From Chloroflexota bacterium (GTDB taxonomy: Bacteria > Chloroflexota > UBA11872 > VXNJ01): a stretch of 64,000 nucleotides of DNA. The stretch covers positions 1,912,610 through 1,976,609 of the forward strand of contig OZ244573.1 in assembly GCA_965217845.1 (NCBI GenBank). The letters run 5' to 3'. The notes beneath the pieces are model-generated. The model ran no database searches. It was given only the letters and a program-made list of their open reading frames with translations, and was not told the origin of the DNA. Below are positions 46,460 to 56,247 of the stretch, in pieces; the stretch's first letter is position 1, and every line of letters begins with the position of its first letter. A program made the position numbers and the translations under genes.

Positions 46460-48838
46460 TCAGGGCGCCGGCCGCAGCGCGGCCGCCAGGACCTGATCCA
46501 TCGAGTCAACGAACGTGAACTTGAAATTGCGGCGCACATCAGCAGGGATCTCGCCCACCTCGGAACGGTTTTCGGCCGGGAGGATAACCTCGCGGATTCC
46601 GTGGCGCTGCGCCGCCAGCACCTTTTCCTTGACCCCGCCGATGGGAAGCACGCGGCCCTGAATGGTGACCTCACCGGTCATCGCCAGGTCGCCGCGCACG
46701 CTGCGGCCCAGGAACGCCGATGCCAGGGCGGTGCCCATCGCGATGCCGGCCGAGGGCCCGTCCTTGGGGACCGCGCCCTCAGGGACATGCAGGTGCACAA
46801 ACGCGTTGGACAGCGCGTTCGGCTGAAATCCCAGCTTGCCGGCATGCTGCGTCACGTACGAGAGTGCCGCCTGGGCCGATTCGGTCATTACCTCACCGAG
46901 GTTGCCGGTGCAGACAAATTTGCGCTGGCCGCGCGACCAGGCGGCTTCCACCGGTAACAACTCGCCACCGTGGTCAGTAACCGCCAAGCCGTTGACCACA
47001 CCGACGCGGTCCCGGGTGTCCCCGATTCGGTCCGTGTATGGCGCCGGCCCCAACAGGTCGCGCAGACCGTCTGCGCGTACCACGCGGGGTGCCGGTTCGC
47101 CGCCGGCGCGGCGGCGGGCCACTTTGCGGCAGACCGCCGCGATTCGTCGCTCCAGCTCGCGAACGCCGGCTTCGCGGGTGTAACTCTGCACAATCGCGTC
47201 CAAAGCCCCGTCGCTGATCCGCAAGCGAATCTTGCCGCCGGTCGTTAAGCCATGGTCCTTTAGCTGGCGCGGAATCAGGTGGCCCTTGGCAATGGCGAGC
47301 TTTTCGCGCGCGGTGTAGCCCTCCAGGCGGATGATTTCAAGCCGATCGCGCAACGTCGGCGGAATTCCCCACTCGTTGTTGGCGGTAAGCAAAAACAGCA
47401 CTTGCGAGAGGTCGTAGCCGACTTCGAGGTAGTGATCGGAGAAGTTGCGGTTGTGCTCAGGGTCGAGTGCTTCCAGCAGCGCCGATGACGGGTCGCCGCG
47501 AAAGTCGCGCCCGATCTTGTCAACCTCGTCGAGCACAAAAACCGGATCAACCGTACCGGCCCGGGCCATGCCTTGGATGATCCGGCCCGGCATGGCGCCA
47601 ACGTAGGTGCGCCGGTGGCCTCGTATCTCGGCTTCGTCGCGAACCCCGCCCAGCGAGACGCGGATATAGCGTCGGCGCACAGCCTGCGCGATCGCCCGCC
47701 CCAAGCTGGTTTTACCGACTCCGGGCGGCCCCACCAGGCAAAGGATTGGGCTCTGCGATTCGTCGGTCAGCGACCGCACCGCGAGGTACTCGATTACCCG
47801 GTTCTTGACCTTTTCCAGTCCAAAGTGATGGCGGTCCAGGACCCGTCGCGAAGACTGCAGGCCCACCCGTCGGCGGTGCGGGCGTTCGGGTTTCCAAGGA
47901 AGATCCATCAGGGTGTCGATGTAGTTACGCACGACCGCCAATTCGGGCGAGGCCGGCGAAATCCCCTCCAACCGTTCGATTTCCTTGGTGGCGCGAGCGC
48001 GGACATCATCGGGCATCTGGGAGCCGGCGATCGCCTCAAGAAGCTCCTCGCGTTCGTCGCCGACCGCATTGGCGATGCCGAGCTCACGCTGAATCGTGCG
48101 CAGTTGTTCCTTGAGATAGAAATTACGCTGCGCTGATTCGATTCCTTCCTGGATCTGGCCTTGAATCGAAGAGCGCACATCCAAGGTGCGGATCCAACCG
48201 CTGAGCAAGGCGGTGACCGCAAACATGCGTTCGTACACGTCCAGCTCTTCCAGCAACTCCTGTTGCCGCTCGGGGTCCTCGACCAGCTTGGCGGCGGCCA
48301 AGTCGGCCAGGTACCCGGCGTGGGTGATACGCCGCGCCAGCGCGACGACCTCGGGTGCGACCCGGTTGCTTTTTTCGGCGTATTCGTGAATCTGGGTCGA
48401 CAATGTGCGGCGCAGGGCTTCGAGTTCGGGACCGCTGCGCGTCTGCTCGGCCAGCGGCGAGACCATTGCCACGTAGCCGTCGCCGTCGCGTTCGGTCGCC
48501 AGCACCTGGACCCGTTCCTGCCCCTTAAATAGGGCCGAATAGCCACCCGACGGGATCAGGTATCGACGGACCAGCGTGCACACCGTCCCGACGGAATAAT
48601 GATGCGCGGCATCGCCTTCACCGACGGTCTGCAGCAATAGCACGCCGGCATCGTCCTGGAGGCGCTCCAGCGCCCACAACGATGCCGCATCGGTGAGCTG
48701 CAGCGGCTGCGAAATCCGTGGAAACGCCACCTGCTCGGAGAGGAGCACGATGGGCAATTCGGTTGCCCCGGTGACACCCTCCGGTTCGGCCGACGAAATG
48801 TCGCTCGGCGTCAATTCAGGAGTCAGGGTGGCTATCAC
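46460..48838 (-). CDS. lon: ATP-dependent Lon protease
   Basis: 792 aa. Lon N-domain, AAA+ (GPPGVGKTS) and S16 protease domain with PKDGPSAG catalytic Ser. GTG start. Confidence 0.95.
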   Translation of the reverse strand: MIATLTPELTPSDISSAEPEGVTGATELPIVLLSEQVAFPRISQPLQLTDAASLWALERLQDDAGVLLLQTVGEGDAAHHYSVGTVCTLVRRYLIPSGGYSALFKGQERVQVLATERDGDGYVAMVSPLAEQTRSGPELEALRRTLSTQIHEYAEKSNRVAPEVVALARRITHAGYLADLAAAKLVEDPERQQELLEELDVYERMFAVTALLSGWIRTLDVRSSIQGQIQEGIESAQRNFYLKEQLRTIQRELGIANAVGDEREELLEAIAGSQMPDDVRARATKEIERLEGISPASPELAVVRNYIDTLMDLPWKPERPHRRRVGLQSSRRVLDRHHFGLEKVKNRVIEYLAVRSLTDESQSPILCLVGPPGVGKTSLGRAIAQAVRRRYIRVSLGGVRDEAEIRGHRRTYVGAMPGRIIQGMARAGTVDPVFVLDEVDKIGRDFRGDPSSALLEALDPEHNRNFSDHYLEVGYDLSQVLFLLTANNEWGIPPTLRDRLEIIRLEGYTAREKLAIAKGHLIPRQLKDHGLTTGGKIRLRISDGALDAIVQSYTREAGVRELERRIAAVCRKVARRRAGGEPAPRVVRADGLRDLLGPAPYTDRIGDTRDRVGVVNGLAVTDHGGELLPVEAAWSRGQRKFVCTGNLGEVMTESAQAALSYVTQHAGKLGFQPNALSNAFVHLHVPEGAVPKDGPSAGIAMGTALASAFLGRSVRGDLAMTGEVTIQGRVLPIGGVKEKVLAAQRHGIREVILPAENRSEVGEIPADVRRNFKFTFVDSMDQVLAAALRPAP

Positions 48839-48855
48839 TTTCTTACTGTGAGAAT

Positions 48856-48896
48856 AGTCTACTTGTTGAGCGTAGCATTGTCAATGTTTGTGACAA
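48856..48896 (-). promoter_or_regulatory. candidate sigma-70-type lon promoter (-35 TTGACA, 17-nt spacer, -10 TAGACT) with an inverted repeat TTGTCA-N7-TGACAA overlapping the -35
   Basis: Read directly on the lon-sense strand. The -10 ends 17 nt before the GTG start. The IR occupies plus-strand 48878..48896. Confidence 0.4.
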
Positions 48897-48936
48897 GCGA
48901 CGAACGAAGAACGAGCACGTCAATACAATTCCGACG

Positions 48937-50262
48937 ATGACCTGCCAATCCATCCGAAGCCAGGCGCTAACCCGCCGGAGGGTGATCATCGCAGCGGCTG
49001 CGGCGCTGCTACCTTCCGCCTGCCGCCCGGCTCCGGAATCAGCGTCCGCGCCAACTCCCTCGGCCGCGCCGCTGGTGATCGGCGATCCAGTCCTCCCGCC
49101 CCTATTGGTCGCCGCGCCCGGTGGCGCCGAACTGGCACGGCCGGCGCTGGTCGAATTCACCCGTCAGAATCCGCGCTTCCTGGCACGCTGGGAGGAGATC
49201 GGGAGCAATTTCGCGGAGGTCCTGCAAGCGCGCTTGGAGGCTGGTACCGCGCCCGACGTTGTCCGGATTCGCGAGGGCCAACAGGGGCGCTGGCGGGAAG
49301 CCGGGCACCTGACCGGTTTTGGGGCTGAAAACCTTTTCGAGCAATTGCCGCAGCAGCTGTTTGCCGGGGCCCGAGCGGCCGCGTTCGATCCCAAAGGGGC
49401 CGCCTGGGGGGTACCGCACTACCACGACGCCATGTTCTTGGCCTATAACCGCCGCCACTTGGATCGTCTCGGCGGCCGGCCGCCATCATCGATTGATGAG
49501 TTGGCGAGCTTTGCCAGACAGCTGCAATCACAGCATTCGCTTCGCAAACCGGTCAGCTTCAACCTTGCGCCCAAAGCCAACGCCAACTTGCCTTGGTGGG
49601 GCTTGCTGAAAGCGGTGGGGGCATCTTTCGCAGGATCCGGTTCCGGAGACACCACAGCGGTCGCCTTGCTTGAAGGCCTGCGGGCGATGGTCGCCGATGA
49701 TGGCACCTTGGACCCGGGCATTGAAGGGTCCGGCTATTACCGCCTGGCCGACGGTGACTGCGCATTCGCCATCGTCGGTGCCTATGCGGGGCCGCGCCTC
49801 CAGGAAAAAGGCGCCCCGATCGCTTTCGCGCCACTGCCGGGGCTTAATAGCCCCGCCAAGCGCAGCGTCTGTTGGACACCATTGTTTGCGTTGGCAAATC
49901 GCGCCGAGCCTCACCCCGCGGCCCCCCGCCTGGCGGTACATCTGGGTTTGACCGACAAATCCGGTCGGTTGTGGAGCCCGCGTCATTTCGCTCTGGTCGG
50001 CAACCTGCCTCCGGCATATCCGGTCCTGTTGGCAGACGCTGAAATCCGCCGACACTTTGGGCGCTGGATAGACCCACAGTTTTTGGCCGCGACATTGGCA
50101 GCCGCCGAGCCGGTCGAGTTTCTATGGGAACCCTGGTTTCTGACATGGGAGCATCGGTGCCAGGAGTTGATGGAAAACGCATTGTTCGGTCGGAGCGATC
50201 CCGGAGCAGTGATTGCGAGTATGCGTTCGGAAGCGAAGAGGTTGCACGAATCCGCGGGATGA
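48937..50262 (+). CDS. Tat-signal lipoprotein, ABC-transporter-type extracellular solute-binding protein (family 1-like), orphan
   Basis: 441 aa. RRRVIIAAAAALLPSAC. Size and composition fit sugar-type SBPs. No permease or ATPase genes adjacent. Confidence 0.7.
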   Translation: MTCQSIRSQALTRRRVIIAAAAALLPSACRPAPESASAPTPSAAPLVIGDPVLPPLLVAAPGGAELARPALVEFTRQNPRFLARWEEIGSNFAEVLQARLEAGTAPDVVRIREGQQGRWREAGHLTGFGAENLFEQLPQQLFAGARAAAFDPKGAAWGVPHYHDAMFLAYNRRHLDRLGGRPPSSIDELASFARQLQSQHSLRKPVSFNLAPKANANLPWWGLLKAVGASFAGSGSGDTTAVALLEGLRAMVADDGTLDPGIEGSGYYRLADGDCAFAIVGAYAGPRLQEKGAPIAFAPLPGLNSPAKRSVCWTPLFALANRAEPHPAAPRLAVHLGLTDKSGRLWSPRHFALVGNLPPAYPVLLADAEIRRHFGRWIDPQFLAATLAAAEPVEFLWEPWFLTWEHRCQELMENALFGRSDPGAVIASMRSEAKRLHESAG

Positions 50263-50931
50263 CACCTTTCCGGCGTCGCCAAAACCCCTTTCAACGCCAT
50301 GGTCGGCACCCTTGTTGCCAGGACCAATTAAGAAGGGTCCCCAAAATTTTTGCAATATTTACCAGCAGCTACCAAAACCATTCCAACTATGCTTCGAGCT
50401 TTGGCGCGTACGATCGCTGCCTTAGCACTGCTCGCGGAACTTGTGGCGGTGCCGGTCGGCGATCGTGTTTCGGCGTCCAGCAACCAAGCTCAAGCGGATA
50501 TCCAGCAAGCGGTGCCCTGACCGGCATCATCCCCTGAGCAAGACGGCGATGACTCCCAAGACGAGGGAGCGGAGCCGCCCCCCGACCAATCACGATGGTT
50601 ACAAAATCCCGGAAACGGATTACGACGGTTTCGATACGCACACGCCGACCGATAGGGGCGGGATCGAATCGCCGCCCCTGGCCGCAATCGACGATGACGA
50701 CAGCGATGAAGCCCGCGGTTAGCAGCGGACCCCTGGGCGGGACCGGTTCAGCTCAGTCCGCAGATGAGTTTCCCTACGGATGCCGGGCTCCAAAACCTCC
50801 AATAATTAACGGAGCCCGACTGGGTGTGGGGTTCGGCGCAGCGCTTCATCCCCTCGGGCGGGGAGACCCCTCAAACAATTCGGATTCGCCAGTTCGGCCA
50901 CTATCCTGGCCGAATCGCAACGGTAGGCTAA

Positions 50932-51739
50932 GTGGCCGAATTCCCGGACTATGCGCCCGTAGCGCCGCAGCTCTTCTCAATCAGCTTGCGAAACGGAAAG
51001 CGTCCGGATCTATTGGTGTTTCCAAATGACCGCCGGTTGCCAAGCCTGAGTAAAGTCGCAAATTCTGCCACCGGGCTCGACCTGCCAAATCGTTACGTTT
51101 TCGAGATCCCGCGTCGCACGCTTTGCGCAAAGGTCAGGCGCTACCGGCCATCCAATAGAGCAGTGCTGCAGTACCGCTCCAGACCTGACCGCTTATTAGT
51201 GCGGGTAACAAGGCCGGCCGCTTTCCAGGGGCTGATCAACGCAGTCAATTTGGCTGCGCGATCCGACTTTGGCGTGGCGTGAAGGCGGTGTGATCTGGAT
51301 ATCCGAAGTTCCTGGGCCAAATTTGCGGAAAGCGATTCGGTCCGGCACCTTGCCGGATTCGGAATCGTTGCTTGATAACCTGTCCGGTTGGTGGGCGCTA
51401 CCAACTACGACATCGGACAAAAATCGACCGACATTCAATATTTCGGGCGCTTTTGCCCGGGCCGACCGCGCGTTTACCCACGCGCCGCGCGACCACCAAG
51501 AAGGCAGCCGCATGCTCGCCGATGCGGTCAATTCGCTTTCGCCATTGGTTGAGCAGTGGCGACCGATTTCAATTGCCCACAATGATTTTTATGACGATCA
51601 GGTGTCGGTCTTACCCGACGGCAGGCTAGCCCTGGTAGATATTGAAGATGTGGGCCTTGGCGACCCGCTGCTGGACGTGGGCAACTGCCTTGCGCACACG
51701 CATTGGGCGTACAGGTTCACGCTAACGGCAACGCGATAG
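50932..51739 (+). pseudogene. frameshifted APH/choline-kinase-family phosphotransferase gene remnant
   Basis: Two track ORFs in different frames (50932..51282 and 51269..51739) overlap by 14 nt. The second carries the kinase catalytic-loop region HNDFYDDQV...LVDIEDVGLGDPLLDV (Brenner and DxD-like motifs). Local GC is lower than the flanks. Confidence 0.55.
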
Positions 51740-52397
51740 TGCGACGCCGCTTCCATGACGATTTCCGAAATCCTGCTTAGGAACGGTTCAGCTTCCGCGA
51801 ATCCGAGCTAGCTTTGCGGGAAGCGGTAGGCCTGTTCCGAATATGCATCAGCACCATTCGTCATCTGCACCAAGATTGGCAAGCCAGAACGGTTGCCGGA
51901 CTCCGGTTGGTAAACGAAATCGCCGCCTGGTCCGAAGTCTCCGGAGAATCCGCAGACATCTTTGCGAACTGAAACTGGATTACCCAATCGCGGCAGAGAT
52001 CGCACTCGATATCGGCAAGATACTCCCTGCCCAGTGGTCATGCGGTTCCGACCAGCGTGCGGGGAAGTTATTTGCATTCATAGCTACCAATCCCAGTGAC
52101 CAAAAGAGTGGCATGAAAGGACTTCGGCAGCGGCAATTGAGTCCGAATCATGCACGTTGGATTGGTTCCAATGGCCCTGGGCCAACGCATTCAATTCGAT
52201 CAGGCGCATTAGATGACCAGCCGCCAATTGGGCACTCAATTGCCTCCCGGGCCAATGGACTCCGACGTTCAGCACCGATCCTCGATACAGGCCTTATGCA
52301 GCTTTAAAATATTTGGACAATGATCTCGGGCCGGGCTCGGGGCATGAACAAAACGGACTCAGTTTGCTCTCAACTTGTTCCTATTTCGCGTTTATTA

Positions 52398-52478
52398 GGC
52401 CGGTGTACCCGGTCGGCTTGCGCATGTAGCGCCCGAGCGGATACACCGGCCAGCAGAGGTAAACCCTCTGCTTTTTTT
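52398..52478 (+). terminator. tandem hairpins: 10-bp stem (GGCCGGTGTA...TACACCGGCC) directly followed by GCAGAGG-taaa-CCCTCTGC plus a T7 run, 65 nt upstream of aroF
   Basis: Read directly from the sequence. The second element is a classic intrinsic-terminator shape on the + strand. Confidence 0.55.
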
Positions 52479-52542
52479 CGTTTGTGACTTCAACTGATTT
52501 CGGAATCCAATTCCGAGCCATACCCAAAGAAAGACAGCAGCC

Positions 52543-53580
52543 ATGGTAATCGTCACCAAGCCAGGCACCGCCGCGAGCGGCATTGATCGAATTGAGGAAC
52601 GCATCCGCGAGGAAGGCCTCACGCCGCACCGGATCGAAGGCGCCAGTTTGACCGTAATCGGAGTGATCGGTTCGCCGACCGAAGAGTTCCGCGAACAGAT
52701 GGCCGTTTTTTCGGGCGTCGACCGGGTATTGCGGATCGGACGCCCATACACCCTGGCCGGGCGCGGCGATGGCCGCCCCGATTCCGTGATTGATGTCGGC
52801 TCGGCGCAGTTCGGCGGTCCCGCCGTGACCATGATCGCCGGTCCCTGCACGATCGAATCAAGGGAACAACTATTCGCCACCGCGAAAGCGGTCAAGGCGT
52901 CTGGGGCCTGCGTGTTGCGCGGCGGCGCCTACAAGCCGCGCACATCGCCCTACAGCTTCCAGGGCATGGCCACGGACGGGCTTGAACTACTGCGCGAAGC
53001 TTCCGAGGAGTTCTCCATCCCCACCATCACCGAGGTGATGGAACCCGGTCTGGTCGAGCAGGTCGCGCGATACACCGACATCCTGCAGATCGGGGCCCGC
53101 AACTCCCAGAACTTCCCGCTGCTGCGGGAAGCCGGGCAAAGCGGATTGCCGGTGATGGTCAAGCGCGGGCCCTCCAGCACCATCGAAGAATGGTTGCTCT
53201 CAGCCGAATACGTACTTGCCGCCGGAAATCCCAAGGTCCTGCTCTGCGAACGCGGTATCCGCACGTTCGAGACCTCCACTCGCGCTACCCAGGACATTTC
53301 CGCCATCGCCATGGCCAAGCGCCTTTCTCACCTTCCGGTGGTCGTCGATCCGGCCCACGGCACCGGGAAGTGGTACCTGGTCGAAGCCATGACCCTGGCG
53401 GGCGTGGCGGCCGGCGCCGACGGGGCGATGCTGGAGGTTCACCCCGAACCCGATCACGCCATCTGTGACGGTCCACAGAGTCTGACGTTTGAAAACTTCG
53501 AACAGGCTATGCAGAAGTTGCGGCACATGTCGTCGGCGTTGGGGCGTCCATTGCGCGAGCCGGCGCTAGCCGCCGCTTGA
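52543..53580 (+). CDS. aroF: 3-deoxy-7-phosphoheptulonate (DAHP) synthase, type I-beta, with an N-terminal ferredoxin-like/ACT regulatory domain
   Basis: 345 aa. KDO8PS/DAH7PS I-beta core (GPCTIES, KPRTSPYSFQG, ARNSQNF). It is preceded by a ~70-aa extra N-domain like the allosteric domain of Thermotoga-type DAH7PS. Confidence 0.9.
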   Translation: MVIVTKPGTAASGIDRIEERIREEGLTPHRIEGASLTVIGVIGSPTEEFREQMAVFSGVDRVLRIGRPYTLAGRGDGRPDSVIDVGSAQFGGPAVTMIAGPCTIESREQLFATAKAVKASGACVLRGGAYKPRTSPYSFQGMATDGLELLREASEEFSIPTITEVMEPGLVEQVARYTDILQIGARNSQNFPLLREAGQSGLPVMVKRGPSSTIEEWLLSAEYVLAAGNPKVLLCERGIRTFETSTRATQDISAIAMAKRLSHLPVVVDPAHGTGKWYLVEAMTLAGVAAGADGAMLEVHPEPDHAICDGPQSLTFENFEQAMQKLRHMSSALGRPLREPALAAA

Positions 53581-54887
53581 ACAGCAACCTGCCACACGCC
53601 GACGCGGCAACCGGGGTCGGACCGGCGAAAGCCGTTCGCGGGCGACTTAGCGTCCCGGGCGACAAGTCGATTACCCACCGGGCGCTGCTGTTAAACGGCC
53701 TCGCTGCCGGGCGAGCCCAGATCAAGGGCGCCGGGCTAGGCGCCGATTGCCGCTCCAGCATCGCCTGCATGCAGGGACTTGGGGTCACCGTGCGTCGGTC
53801 CGGTGATCAAATATTCATCGACAGCCCCGGATCGGGCGCGTTTGAAGAACCGGCGCTACCCCTGGATTGCGGCAATTCGGGCACCACGATGCGATTGCTG
53901 CTGGGTTTGCTGGCCGGCTGCGCTCGATTCGCGGTCCTGGTGGGGGATGAATCGCTCTCGCGCCGCCCGATGGGGCGGGTGACCGATCCGTTGCGGCAAA
54001 TGGGGGCACGCATAAACGGACGTGACGGTGGCGGCCTCGCCCCGCTGGCGGTTTCTCCAGCGCCCCTCGCCGGAACCGAATTGGAAATCCCGGTCGCCTC
54101 GGCGCAGGTCAAAAGCGCGCTCCTGATCGCCGGCCTGGCGGCCGAGGGCACGACGGTCATCCGACAACCGACGCGATCGCGCGACCACACCGAACTGATG
54201 CTGGCGGCGATGGGCGCCAAGCTGGAAATCAACGGTGCCGAATTGGCAATTGAGGGCGGTCAGCAACTGCGGGCGGTCGACGTAGACGTGCCGGGCGATT
54301 TCTCATCGGCCGCATTCTGGCTGGTCCTGGGGGCGATTCATCCCGACGCGCACCTGGAAATTACCAACGTGGGCCTCAATCCGACCCGCGCCGCCACCCT
54401 GGCAGTGCTTGAGCGGATGGGGGCGCAAATCACGATCGATTGGCTCCCCGGAGGGGCGGAGCCGTCGGGGGACTTGGCGGTCGCGAGCGCGCCGCTGCAG
54501 GCCACCGACATCGGCGGCACCGAGGTTCCGATCATCATCGACGAGCTTCCGGTGTTGGCAGTGGCCGCCACCCAGGCGCACGGCACCACGACCATCCGCG
54601 ATGCCGGCGAGCTGCGCGCAAAAGAGTCGGACAGGATCTCCGCGACGGTGAATAATTTGCGTGCAATGGGCGCCCGGGTGCAAGAGCTTGCCGACGGGAT
54701 GATCATCAACGGCCCCACTCGGCTGCATGGGGCGCGGCTGGACTCGCGCGGCGACCACAGAGTGGCAATGGCGATGGCCGTCGCCGCTTGCATTGCCACC
54801 GGCGAGAGCCGGATTCAAGACTCGAGCGCGGTGCAGATCTCCTACCCTGAGTTCTTTTCCGAACTGCGCCGCGTCTGCGCAGCCTGA
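53577..54887 (+). CDS. aroA: 3-phosphoshikimate 1-carboxyvinyltransferase (EPSP synthase)
   Basis: 436 aa. PGDKSITHRALLL and LDCGNSGTTMRLL motifs. Confidence 0.95.
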   Translation: MNSNLPHADAATGVGPAKAVRGRLSVPGDKSITHRALLLNGLAAGRAQIKGAGLGADCRSSIACMQGLGVTVRRSGDQIFIDSPGSGAFEEPALPLDCGNSGTTMRLLLGLLAGCARFAVLVGDESLSRRPMGRVTDPLRQMGARINGRDGGGLAPLAVSPAPLAGTELEIPVASAQVKSALLIAGLAAEGTTVIRQPTRSRDHTELMLAAMGAKLEINGAELAIEGGQQLRAVDVDVPGDFSSAAFWLVLGAIHPDAHLEITNVGLNPTRAATLAVLERMGAQITIDWLPGGAEPSGDLAVASAPLQATDIGGTEVPIIIDELPVLAVAATQAHGTTTIRDAGELRAKESDRISATVNNLRAMGARVQELADGMIINGPTRLHGARLDSRGDHRVAMAMAVAACIATGESRIQDSSAVQISYPEFFSELRRVCAA

Positions 54888-54889
54888 CC

Positions 54890-55705
54890 GTGCGCTATGC
54901 CGTTCTGGGTTGCCCGATAGCGCATTCGCTGTCGCCGCCGATGCAGCGGGCGGCATTCGCCGCCGCCGGCCTGCCGGCCAGTTACGACCCGCTTGAGGTC
55001 CACCCGGATGACCTGGGTGAACGGGTCGAACAATTGCGTCGCGGTCTGTGGCGGGGATTTAACGTGACCATTCCGCACAAGGTTGCCGCACTCGAATTGG
55101 CTGACGATCCGGACCCACTGGCACGGCGAATCGGGGCCGCCAATACGCTCTGGTGCGAACACGGCACGGTCAGAGCCAGCAACACCGACATCACCGCCAT
55201 GCGGGCGGTCATCGCTTCGGCCGGGATCACGCCTTCGGACCCGGTGCTGCTTATTGGGGCCGGCGGCGCGGCGCGGGCGGCGCTGCTGGCCCTGACCGAA
55301 TTTGAGGACATCACCCTCCTGAATCGCACCGTGGCCAACGCCAACGCACTGGCCCAGGAACTGGCCCCGCAGGCGCGCGTGCTGTCACTGGCTGATCCGT
55401 CCGCAACCGCCGCCGGGGCCGCGGCAGCCTTCATCATCAACGCGTCCAGTGTCGGAATGGCCGGCGGGCCGGCGCCGCAGCGCACTCCCCTAGCCAAGCA
55501 AGCCTTCGGCGGCGGCCAAGTGGCGTTCGATATGGTCTATCGTCCGCTGCTGACGCCGATGCTGGCAGCCGCCCGGCAGGCGGGCGCGCGCACGATTGAT
55601 GGCCTGGCCATGTTGGTGCTGCAAGGCGCAGCCAGCTTTGCAATCTGGACCGGCCTGGACCCGGATGTGGCTGCGATGCGCAACGCCTGCGAGCGAGCGT
55701 TGTGA
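54890..55705 (+). CDS. aroE: shikimate dehydrogenase
   Basis: 271 aa. AVLGCPIAHSLSPPMQ N-terminus and GAGGAARA NADP motif. Confidence 0.85.
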   Translation: MRYAVLGCPIAHSLSPPMQRAAFAAAGLPASYDPLEVHPDDLGERVEQLRRGLWRGFNVTIPHKVAALELADDPDPLARRIGAANTLWCEHGTVRASNTDITAMRAVIASAGITPSDPVLLIGAGGAARAALLALTEFEDITLLNRTVANANALAQELAPQARVLSLADPSATAAGAAAAFIINASSVGMAGGPAPQRTPLAKQAFGGGQVAFDMVYRPLLTPMLAAARQAGARTIDGLAMLVLQGAASFAIWTGLDPDVAAMRNACERAL

Positions 55706-56247
55706 CCGGTCCGGACGAGTGGCCGCAGCGGATCTGGCTGGTGGGTCTATCCGGTTCCGGCAAATCGACCGTGGCCCGCGAGTTGGCCGGAATGCTTGGT
55801 TGGCGCGCCTTCGATTCCGACCAGGAAATCAGAAAACTAGCCGGAATGGACATCCCGCGTATCTTTGAAGACCACGGCGAGGCCCACTTTCGCTCGCTGG
55901 AGCGTTCGGTCGCTTCCCGGGCCGCCGACGCCCCCGGGGTCGTGATCGCAACCGGTGGCGGACAGATGGCCAATGCCGGACTGGCCGAGCTAATGCTGGC
56001 ATCGGGATTGGTCGTCTACTTGCGCGCGCGGCCGCAGACATGCGCCGCCCGGTTGGCGTCCCAGCTCGACGCCGAGGGCCGCCCGATGTTGGGCGGGGAG
56101 GGTGATCTGGTCGAGAGGATTGGTGGGCTGCTGCGAATCCGGCGCACGAACTATGAATCAGCCCATCACATCCTGGATGTGGATGCGATCGACCCCCGCC
56201 GAATAGCAATCACGATCAAGGAGATGACTGATGCTGACCCAGCCTGA
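55702..56247 (+). CDS. aroK: shikimate kinase
   Basis: 181 aa. Walker A GLSGSGKST. Stop/start overlaps with aroE and aroB. Confidence 0.85.
   Translation: MTGPDEWPQRIWLVGLSGSGKSTVARELAGMLGWRAFDSDQEIRKLAGMDIPRIFEDHGEAHFRSLERSVASRAADAPGVVIATGGGQMANAGLAELMLASGLVVYLRARPQTCAARLASQLDAEGRPMLGGEGDLVERIGGLLRIRRTNYESAHHILDVDAIDPRRIAITIKEMTDADPA

Noticed and set aside
50405-50425. CIRCE-like half site TTAGCACTG
   Set aside because: No matching GAGTGCTAA arm 9 nt away. It is not upstream of a chaperone gene. There is no hrcA in the window.
51808-52307. Track ORFs 51843..52307 (+) and 51808..52077 (-) in the low-GC island
   Set aside because: They overlap each other on opposite strands and have no recognizable domains. 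Composition is atypical for this genome. Probably non-coding decayed DNA.
52344-52487. Interpreting the 47-codon leader ORF as a classical aromatic-amino-acid attenuator peptide
   Set aside because: It has only two Phe codons and no Tyr or Trp run. The two hairpins do not overlap, so there is no obvious antiterminator alternative. Kept only as a possibility inside the leader finding.
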